64,000 nucleotides of DNA, from positions 62,001 to 126,000 of the forward strand of contig QPMI01000457.1 in assembly GCA_004431415.1 (NCBI GenBank). Reading direction: 5' to 3'. The notes below the pieces were generated by a model. The model was not told the origin of the DNA. It did not search any database and worked only from the letters and a program-made list of their open reading frames with translations. Each line of letters begins with the position of its first letter. The stretch's first letter is position 1. This document shows positions 12,385 through 22,249 of this stretch, piece by piece. The translations under genes were made by a program, and so were the position numbers. Source of the DNA: Cyanophora paradoxa CCMP329 (lineage: Eukaryota > Plantae > Glaucophyta).

Positions 12385-12671
12385 GGTTGAAAGAGTCGAT
12401 AGACACACGAACGTCATTCCCTGCCACGGGTGTTCAGGGACACGCGCCGGGCGCGGCGGGAGGACGTGCGCGCGGGTCAAAGGTTCTCCTGCGGTGCGGC
12501 CCGAGCGGTGAATCGCGAGCTCGAAGCGCACGCGTAGTCCGAGTGGTCGGACCCGCGTACCCCGGCGTAGAAGACGCAGCTTAGACGCTCAGAAAACGCC
12601 CAGCAGCCATCGCAACGAGCGCTTAACGAAGCCGCGTAGGAGGGGGAGTCCAGCGCGCCCGCTGCTCGCCC

Positions 12672-15600
12672 ATGGACCAGGGCAGCGCGTCGGATGCGGG
12701 CTCCACGACTGGACGGGATGGACGGTCGCGGACCCGCCTGAAGGACATGCTGAAGGACTTCTACGGAAAGGGGGCGAAAGCTCCGGCGCGTCCTGCCCCG
12801 GCCCACATTGCCGCCGCTGACTCGCGCGAAGGACGGGAACGACAAGGACACCGCAAACATCGATGGCGTCGCCTTCGATGCGCAGAAGTACTACGAGAAG
12901 CTCCTCGCCGAGCGCTCTCTGGCAGAGCTCATCGGGTCGAACAACGACCTCGTCTCGGGTGCGCTCCGGCCGCCGCTCGGCTGACGGTGGCGCTCCAGGC
13001 GATGCTGAGATGCCCCGCAGAGATCAAAACGCTGGACAACGACATGCAGATGCTCGTTTACGAAAACTACAACAAGTTCATCAGTGCCACGGACACCATC
13101 CGGAAAGTGCGCGCCGCCGCGGGCCCGGAACGCGGGCCGCGCCTGCGGCTCCGCGATGCGGGGCGCTAGCTAGAACCTGCCGCGAGCGCGGACCCGACGC
13201 GGCGCCGGCAGATGAAGACGAACGTGGAGAGCATGGAGAACGAGATGGAGAAGCTGTCGTCGACGGTGGACGAGATCTCGCGGCAGAGCGAGGCGATCAA
13301 CTCGAACCTCTCAGCCCACCGCTACAAGATCGAGCAGCTGAACGGCGTCCGGCGGCTGCTGAAGAAGGTGCCGCGCCCCCCGCCGCCCCCGCGCCCCCCA
13401 CGGCCCCCGCGCGAGGGCGAGCGCCGCGCCCGCAGCTCCAGTTCCTGTTCCAGCTGCCGGACCGCCTCAACCGGGCGATCAAGCTGGAGGCGTACAGCCA
13501 GGTGCGGGCCGGCCGGCCGGCGCCGCAGGGCCTGGGCCGCTCTCGCCTGCCGGCCCCGCCGACGCGGGCGGGGGGCGGGGCAGGCGGTGAAGTACTACGC
13601 GACGAGTGCGAACGTGCTGCGGCAGTACAGTCACATGGCCTCGTTCGGGGCGATCTACCAGGAGGCCGAGGCGATCGCCGACGCGCTGCGGGAGCGGCTG
13701 CGGGAGCGGATGACGGCCGACGGGGCGCCCTTCGCCGACGTCGCCGAGTGCGTGCGGCTGCTGGTGGACCTGCGGGAGCCCGAGGCCGAGCTGCGCACCC
13801 GCCTGCTCGAGTCCCGGCGCGAGATCCTCAAGGACAAGCTCGAGGTCGCCATGGTGCAGGAGGAGGCGCCCCACAGGGGCGGCAAGAGCTCCCGCATCCA
13901 GGCGCGGCCCCGCCCCGCCGCTCCGCCGCCAGGGCTCTTCCAGGGCTCTTCCTCACGCCCCGGCGGGCTTGCTCGCAGGACTTCCTCTCCGAGTTCGTGA
14001 GCACGGCCAACGCCTACCAGACCCTCTTCATGGGGCCCGCCGCCGGCGGCAAGCCGGCCCCGGGCGCCCCCGCCGAGGCCGGGCCCTCCGCCTCCTCCTC
14101 GTCCGCCGCCGCCGCCGCGGGCGCCCCGCAGCCCTCCGCCCTCTTCAAGCGTGCGCCCCGCCCGCGCCCCCTCCCCTGCGGCCCCGCGTTGCCTGACGGT
14201 GCGGGCGGCCGGCAGCGGCGGGGGCGGCCGAGGCGAGGCGGGAGGCGGTGGTGATGGAGGCGCGGCGCCAGCTGACGGAGTGGTCCAAGGCGCGCCCGCT
14301 GTCGCCGGCCGCGCCGCCCCCGCCGCCCTCTCTGAAGGGGCCGCGCAGGAACTCTTTGGGGACTACTTCGCGATGACGTCGACGCGGCTGACGGAGGAGG
14401 ACTACTCGGGGCGCGTCGGCGAGCTCGCCGCCCTCCTCTCCTCCTTCTTCGAGGAGACCGCCGCCGTCCACAAGGTTCGCCCGCCCGCTCTGATGGCGCG
14501 GGGCGCCCCTGAGCCTCGTCCCTCTCAGGTGGTGCCGGACGCGCGGCTGGCGGACCGGGCGGCGGACGTCGTGGAGCGGACCGTGGGCCACCTCTCCGAC
14601 GACCTCTTCGGCGCCCTCCGCGCCTCCCTCGTCCGTGCGCGCTTGCTTGCTTGCCTGCGCGCCGGCGCCGGCGCCGGCGCCCGCCCGACGCGGCGCAGAG
14701 GGCGTGTCGGCGCTGGCGGCGGGGGCCGGCGGGAAGCAGGCGATGGCGGACGCGGTGGGCGGGGCGGTGCGGGGGGCGCTGGAGGAGTCGGAGCGGGCGC
14801 TGCTGAAGCTGAAGCCGCTCGTGGCCGCCGAGAGCGGCTTCCTCGCCTCGTACGCGGCGACGTGCACGTCGCTCGTGCACACGAGCACCCGCGCCACGCT
14901 TCTCGCCCTCCTCCAGGCCGCCGTCGTCCGCCCCGCCCCGCCCCGCCCCGCCCCCTCTTCCTCCTCGCCTCGTTCATCTCACGCCGGCCGGCGCCCGCAG
15001 CGGGAGGCGGAGGAGGGCGCCCAGCGCGCCGCCGCCGCCGCCGCCGCCGCCTCCCCGTGCGCCTCGCCCCCGCAGGGGCCCGAGCCGAGCTGAGGGGCGG
15101 GCGGGGGCGGCAGGGAGGCGGGGCGGCCGACGGCGGTGCTGCTGCTCGCCAAGTTCTGCCTCGCACTGGACGAGGGCGCCCTCGCCGAGGCGCGCCCCCG
15201 CCCGCCCCGCCCGCCCGGGGGGGGGGGGGGGGGGGGGGGGCCTCACGCGCTTCGTTCGCAGATCCAGCGCGTCCTCACGACGCACTTCCCCCCGCCCCGC
15301 GGCTCCAGCGTGGCACGCGCACCCCCCCATCTCTCCCCCCGCCCCCGCCCGCCCCTCACGCCCCTCCCCGCCCCCGCAGTTCAAGGTGGCGGAGCTCAAG
15401 CAGGAGGCGCGCTCCTGCGCCGACGTGCGCCCCGGCCCCCTCCCCGCCCGCCCCGCCCCGCCCCGCCCCGCTCAACCCTGGCGGCAGCGGCTGCTGGGGA
15501 TGTACGTGGAGGCGCAGTCGAAGCGGGTCTCGGGGATCCTGCGCAAGGGCGTCGAGTCCGTGAACTGGCTCACCGTGAAGCCGCCCAAGGACGTCCGCCT

Positions 15601-16393
15601 CGTCGCCGGGCTCGTGCTCGAGGCGGTGGCGGCGGTGGACGCCGAGGTCATCCAGATCGTGGGGCGCGACGCCGCCGCCCCGCCCGGCCAGCGGCCCCCG
15701 GAGGCCCCGCCCCGCGTCTACGCCGCGGCGCGCCCGGCGCGGGGCGGGGCCCCCGCGGCCTTCTCGCGGCGGGAGATCGACCGGCTCTTCGCCCAGAAGC
15801 TGCGCCTCTTCGCGGCGCCAGCCTTCCAGCACAAGGCCATCCTCACCGCCATCATCCGCGTCGCCCTCAAGGCCCGCCCGCTCCGGATCCCCGCCCGCCC
15901 GCCCCACTCCGCTCGCCCGCTCGCTGGCTGAGAGCGCGCGCGGGGGAGCGCAGGGCCTGATCGAGTGTGTGCGGCTGCGGACGGTGAGCAAGGCCGGCTT
16001 CCAGCAGATGCAGCTGGACACGCACTTCCTCCGCATCATGCTCCGCCCCTACGTCAACGAGGAGACGTGCGCCGCGAGCTCCGCCATCCCTGCCAGGCTG
16101 ACAGGGCGGGCGGCAGGGTGCTCGAGACGCTGGCGGACGAGGTCATCACGAGCGCCGCCGACCGCTGCCCCGAGCCCGTGCCCCTCGAGCAGGCCGTGCG
16201 CCAGACCGGCCCTCCTCCCCGAGCCAGCAACTCAGGCCCCTCCCCCGCGCAGTTCGTGGACCAGGTCTGCGAGGCGAAGCGGGCGCTCCTCGGCGGGAGC
16301 GCCGCCGCGCCGGCGGCCGGCGGCCCGCAGGGGGCCTCCCCCGCGGCGGGGCCCCTCGCCTCCCCGCCCCACTCCCCCGACGACCTCACCTGA
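12672..16393 (+). CDS. VPS51: Vacuolar protein sorting 51 (GARP/EARP complex subunit)
   Basis: Signature [38 protein letters not shown]...[15 protein letters not shown], and C-terminal [34 protein letters not shown]; many short introns; stop at 16393. Confidence 0.95.
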
Positions 16394-16898
16394 GGCGCCG
16401 CGCCGCGCTTCCCACTGTGCACCCAATTCGAAAGCCATAGCGCCTCATGTTAGCGCTGGTTGCGCGCGCGGGGCGTGAGCTTGAGGACGCTTGCGGGCGA
16501 GGGGCAGGCCTGCGCCAAGTGACGCGCCGCGCGCCGCCGGCACTCCTGGGCCTAGGCTTCATGATCAGGCTGCAAACTCTTGACCGACAGTACTAGTGAG
16601 TCCCGGCCTGGGTCAATTACCACGTGCACGGCGGTTACTGCAGCTGCGAACGCAGCGCCGGCGCGTGCGCAGCTGTACCCTATCTAGGCCTCGCTCAGGC
16701 TCGCTGGCAAGGTCTGGCATATGCATTGGCCGCCTGGCCGGCAGTTAAGAGCCTCGTTCCGAAGTTCGCACCCGGGCGCAGCCAGCGGTATGCCCTAACC
16801 TGCAGCTGTGCCTGGCCCACGATTCTCTAGATCTGCGCATGCCAGGCTGACATGCACCTTGCTGCGCACGCAGTTCGAATTCCTGCGATCATCGGATT

Positions 16899-18333
16899 AT
16901 GGCGCGAGCTCGAGGCTGCAGCCCCGAAGAGAAGGTGCTCCTTCTGGGGTTCGAGAAGCGCGCTGTGTGGCCGACAGCGGAGATCGAGCGCGCCGGCCCC
17001 GCGAACGTGCGCGCGCTGGACGTCGGCCGCAACTCGCTGGCGAGCGTCCCCGGGGAAGAACTCGCGAAGCTGACGGGCCTGGAGGTGCTCCTGCTGTACA
17101 GCAACAGCATTGCAGCGCTCCCGCCGGAGATCGCGCGGCTCGCCCGCCTGCAGCAGCTGAACGTCAGTTACAACCAGCTCGCGGAGCTGCCGCCGCAGAT
17201 CGGGCAGCTCGTGTGCCTGCAAGAGCTAGACTTGAGATCGAACCAGCTGACGGCTCTGCCCGCGGAGATCGGGGCGCTCGCGTTTCTGAAGACGCTGAAC
17301 GTGAGCTCCAACCAGCTGGCGGCTCTGCCGGAGGAGATTGGGCGGCTCGTGCGCCTGGCGCATCTGTATGTAAGCTACAACCGGCTGCAGGCGCTTCCTC
17401 CGGAGATCGGGCACCTCCCGAGCCTCCAGCAGCTGGCCGTGAGCTTCAACCAGCTTGCGGCGCTGCCGTCCGAGATCGGGCAGCTGTCTGGCCTGCAGGA
17501 GCTGCGCGCGAGCGGCAACAGCCTGTCGGCGCTGCCGCCGGAGATCGGGCGGCTGGAGTGTCTGCAGATGCTGGACGTGGGAGAGAACCGGCTCACAGCG
17601 CTGCCGGCGGAGATCGGGCGGCTGGCGGCCTTGCAGGAGCTGGACGTCCGTCGAAACCCCCTCACAGACATGCCAGAGCACGCCCGCGGGTCCGGCGAGG
17701 CCGCCCTCGCCTACCTCCGCTCCCTCCCTCGGCCCGCCGCGGCCGCTCCGCGCACGGCCGCGGTGCGCTCAAGCTGCGCGCGACTTCCGTCCGCTCTCCA
17801 TCCTCTGATTCTGCCCCGCCGTTCTCCAGGACCACATTAGACAGGCCGTGCACGCGGGCCCCGCTGCCGCGGCTCCGGTGCGCACGGGGTTCGGCCCCAG
17901 GCCTGCCCGCCGCGCCGCCCCCGCTCCGTGCGAGTCACCGCCGCTCCCATCGCAGGCCGGAGCCTCGGCGGACGTGCCCCCGCAGCCAGCGCAGCAACCG
18001 CCGACGCCGGCGGGGCCACCGGACTGGGCGGCGGCGCTGAAAGCCGAGAACGCGGCACTCCGGAGGCGCCTCGCGGCGCTGGAGGGGCGCCTGGGGCTCT
18101 ACGAGGGCTGGGCCGTCCCGGCCGCGCTCGGCGGCGGCGGCCACGGCCAGCCGCAGTGGGGCGCGGGGGAGCTGGAGGCGGCGGCGGAGCGGCTGCGCGC
18201 GGCGGCGGCGCGGGTGGAGGAGCTGCGGGTGGAGGCGCGGGCGGCGGCCCTCGCGGAGGGGCGCGCCAAGCGGAGGCGCTGCGAGGAGCCCGACGCCGAG
18301 CCGGGGCCGGGGCCCCCGGGCCCCCCCAGCTGA
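16899..18333 (+). CDS. Leucine-rich repeat protein (~10 x 23-aa LRRs) with C-terminal coiled coil
   Basis: Repeats of LxxLxVSxNQLxALPxEIGxL, capped by NPL...ALAYLRSL; one intron at about 17763-17830, then ALKAENAALRRRLAALEGRL...AAAERLRAAAARVEEL. Confidence 0.9.
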
Positions 18334-18816
18334 CCGCCGTCGCCTGCCTCGGCCTAATCCCGCCCGGCGGCTCCCTGCAGGCCCCGCCCGCTCCGCCAGC
18401 TGCAGACCCCAGCCGCGGCCGGCCTCGCGCTCGCGATCGCCTCGCCCCTGAGCGGCCCCTCCCCGCGGTCCGCGGCTCGTGATCGGGATTCGGGATCCGT
18501 CAACGCCGCGACCGGCCGCCGACCGGCGGCGCCGGCGCCGCCGGCCGATCGCGATCGCGACTCGCGAGCTCGAGCCGGCGCCTACGTTCAGAGAAAAAAG
18601 AGACTCCCATGAGTAAAAAAGCAATAGTTGGGCCCTGCGTAGCCTGCGTAGCCGAACGTAGGGCTGCGCCGGCCCTTCTAGCTACTTGCTTCTCTTGCTG
18701 CTTCTCGCATATTGCGTATGGGAGCCACCTGCAGTTGCTTAAGCTCATCGATATCGCATTCTCGAGTACGCATACGTAGCGCTAGCGTGTCCACGGCAAC
18801 GACGGCCGCAGCTACC

Positions 18817-21157
18817 ATGGCCACCACGAAGACGCCGACGCCCACGCCGACGCGCGTGATCAACGCATTCGCCGCCTACGAGGCGGGCGCGCCCGTCAAG
18901 CCGGTGCGCATGCGCTCGTCCCGCGCGCGCGCGCCCTCGCCCGCCGCCCCGGCCTAGGCCTCGGGCCCCGATGTCTCTTGAGCTCTGATCGCGATTTGGA
19001 TCCATACTCGTCATGACATGCAAGCGCAGTACCAGTACGAGGCGAAGCCGCTCGGGCCTCTCGACGTCGAAGTCAAAATTCGGTTTTGTGAGTCTGGTTT
19101 GAATTCGAATGTCGCGATCGGAGAATGTGTATTTGCAGCTGAATTCGAGCAGGCGGCATCTGCCAGAGCGACATCGGCCTGCTTCAGGGCAAGTTTGGTC
19201 CCTAGTGCGTACGCCTTAAGCCACGTATACCTCAAATCGTATCATTGAATATCATGACACCGGTCCCCGCGCCCCTGGCCGCCCGCGCAGCTCGGTGTAT
19301 CCGCAGGTCTGCGGCCATGAGGTGAGTGATGTCGATATATATGTCTTAACAGCTGCAGCAGCTGCCCTAGTGCTCGAGATGGCTCGGGTGCGGCTCGAGC
19401 GCCGATCGGAATCGCGCACAGATTGTGGGCGAGATCACCGCCGTCGGCTCCGCCGTCCCTCACCTCAAGATCGGCGAGACGGTTCGAATTCGCGCTCTGC
19501 ATCTTACAAGCTTAAGCGAAGTCTCGTTTCGAACGCTGACGCGGGTCCGGCTCCGGCCGCGGGCGCTCGCTCGCGCAGGTCGGCGTCGGGGCGCAGCGGT
19601 CATCGTGCATGGGCTGCAAGTCGTGCTCCAGCGGCGAGAACCAGCACTGCCCCCAGCAAACGAGCACCTGCTTCGGCGGGGAGAAGGGCGGCTTTGCCGG
19701 TAATCTGCTCCATCGATCCGCCTTCGCCTGATTTCATTATTGATTTCGCGTCCCTTTCAATCAAAATCTAGATTACATCCGGGTCCCGTCGTTCTTCGCC
19801 TTCCCCATCCCGAAGGTTCGAATGAAATTCGCGCTGCGTCGCGGCGCATGCACGTGCAATACTGTCTGGCCGCTGGAATTGAATTCGTAACCGTCGTTCA
19901 TGATCAGGAGATCAAGCCGGAGCACGCGGGGCCTCTCCTCTGCGGGGGCGCCACTGGTGCGCGCGCGCGCCCCCCGAATCCGAAGGATCCTCGCGACCCA
20001 GGCCATGTGGTCACGCGCATGCGCCCCGCGGCGCCGGCAGTGTACTCGCCGATCTCGGAGCACTGCGCGCCGGGGATGAAGGTCGCCGTCGTCGGCATCG
20101 GCGGCCTCGGCCGTGCGTGCCCGCTCGCGCGCGGCCCTCGCAACCCTCGCCTTGCATTTGCCGCCCCCGGGCAGGCCCTGGCCTGGCCCGGACCGACCCT
20201 CGGGACCGCAGACCTCGCCGTTCTGTTCGCCGTCGCGCGCGGCTGCGAGGTGCCTAGTCCTCCACGCCACGCGCCGCCCCGCCCCAGTCCGACCCGGCCG
20301 GACCCGGGGCAGACGTGGGCGATCTCGACGTCGAAGGAGAAGCGGGCGGAGGCCCTCGCGATGGGCGCCAGGGGCTTCATCAACAGCAGGGACCCCGACC
20401 AGCTCAAGGCGCCCCCGGCCCCCGGCCCGCTGAAGGCCGCCGCCCCGGCCGGCGCCCTCTGACTTGAGCTTGTCTCGCGCGCAGGCGCAGGCGGACCAGT
20501 TCGACGTGGTGCTCGTGACGGTCTCTGCGGCCCTCGACTGGCAGCCGTACCTCGCCCTCCTCGCCCGCCGCGGTCCACGCCCGCCCGGCCCGGCCCGCCG
20601 CTACAGGTGCGATATATCGATGCCTAAACGAAAGTCAACTCCGCAGGCAAGCTGGTGTTCGTGAGCGCGATCCCGGGCGACATCACGGTGAACATCCTCA
20701 TGCAGCTCGTCATGAAACAGACCAGCGTCCACGGCAGGTGCGCGCCCGCCCGCGGCTGCCCCGCTTTCTCGGCAATTTTCGTGCCCACGCTCGCTTGCAA
20801 TTGGCTGCCCATATTCGTTACGGCCTAAATTTAACCGTGCAGCTGGATTTCGGGGCGGCGCGGCATGCAGGAGATGCTGCACGTGCGCTCTGTTTCGAAA
20901 TTAATTCTTGATCTCTCATTAACCGTGCCGCACTGCGGCGCGCGTGCGCAGTTTGCGGCCGTGCACAGGATTCAGCCCCTCGTCGAGCTCTACCCTTTCG
21001 ACAAGGTGTGCTGCTCCCGCGCGCTATGATCTGGCCATGGCCAGCCCGCGCCCCGCCCCGGGCAGACATCGACGCCGCCATGCAATCGCAGATCAACGAG
21101 GCGCTGCAGCGCGTCGTCGACAACAAGGCGCGCTACCGCGTCGTCCTCCGCCACTAA
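18817..21157 (+). CDS. Zn-dependent, probably NADP-dependent alcohol dehydrogenase/aldehyde reductase (CAD/Ahr-YjgB-like MDR), ~15 introns
   Basis: CGICQSD, GHE, structural Zn motif CMGCKSC...C, GPLLCGGATVY, GIGGLGHLA, LDWQPY and C-terminal KARYRVVL*. Confidence 0.93.
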
Positions 21158-21361
21158 ATATATATATAGCCCCGTGGCTGCTCTGTATATATCCTGCCAA
21201 CTTGAGGAATCCGATGATTGTATTCGAGTGCGCACATGCACCGCGGCCGTGGCACCTGCAGCTAGCGCTGACAGCAATTTCTTTGAGATACCCGATCGTC
21301 AGTTGCAGGGTGCGGGCCGGGGCCGGCCACGGCAGGGCACAGAATTCCGAATATGTTTGGG

Positions 21362-21392
<31 letters not shown>

Positions 21393-21429
21393 GGGAGGGG
21401 GAGGGGGGGGGGGGAGCAGGCCCTACTAA

Positions 21430-21825
21430 GCCAGCAACTTAGGCCCTTCGAAATTCCCCCGCGCAGTTCGTGGACCAGGTCTGCGAGGCGAAGCGGGCGC
21501 TCCTCGGCGGGAGCGCCGCCGCGCCTGCCGCCGCCGGCGGCCCGCAGGCCTAGGGGGCTTCCGAAGTTCCCCCGCGGCGGGGCCCCTCGCCTCCCCGCCC
21601 GGCCCCACTCCCCCGACGACCTCACCTGAGGCTCCGGGCGCCGCGCCGCGCTTCGAGCTCATTTAAAGAGTCATTTTATATTAATATTAATATTAATTCG
21701 AGCTCGCGATCGTGCTGGTGGCGCGCCGCGGCGCGCAAGGCTTGATCGACGTCGACCTCGAGGCCTAGGGGCGCTAGCGCTTGCGGGCGAGGTGCACGTG
21801 CGGGCCTGCGCCGAGTGACGCGCCG
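21430..21825 (+). pseudogene. Decayed duplicate of the VPS51 last intron end, last exon and 3' flank
   Basis: Matches 16223-16530 (TTCGTGGACCAGGTCTGCGAGGCGAAGCGGGCGCTCCTCGG...CCCGACGACCTCACCTGAGG) with insertions, including an introduced TAG. Confidence 0.9.
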
Positions 21826-22249
21826 AGGGTCGGCCGGATCCCCGTTATGCACCTTCAGGTGCACGTGCGCGGGAATTCGAGGGTGTGGGGGGGGGGGCAG
21901 CCGGGGGTACGCAGCGTTGAAGAAGAGCGCAAAACTTGAAAAGCTTGCGCATGCAATTGTTCGCCACCTCTCGCATTTGCCGCATTTGCTGCGTGCAAGT
22001 CGGGCTCGGTCTGAGCATCTCACGAAGCGCACGACGGAACGTCTAGACGGCGCGCAGGGTAGAGAACGAGTGTCCGGGGCGAGAACCAGAACCAGGTGCG
22101 GCGCTTGCGAGCCTGATTGTACCAGTATCTAACCGCATACGCACGCGCGCAGCAGCGGCGCAGCAGCAGCAGTCTTCAAGCGCGTGCTTTAAATTTCTAG
22201 CTCCTCGTGTGCCGGCCGCGCCCGCGCCCGCGCCCGTGCCGCTCGCCCG

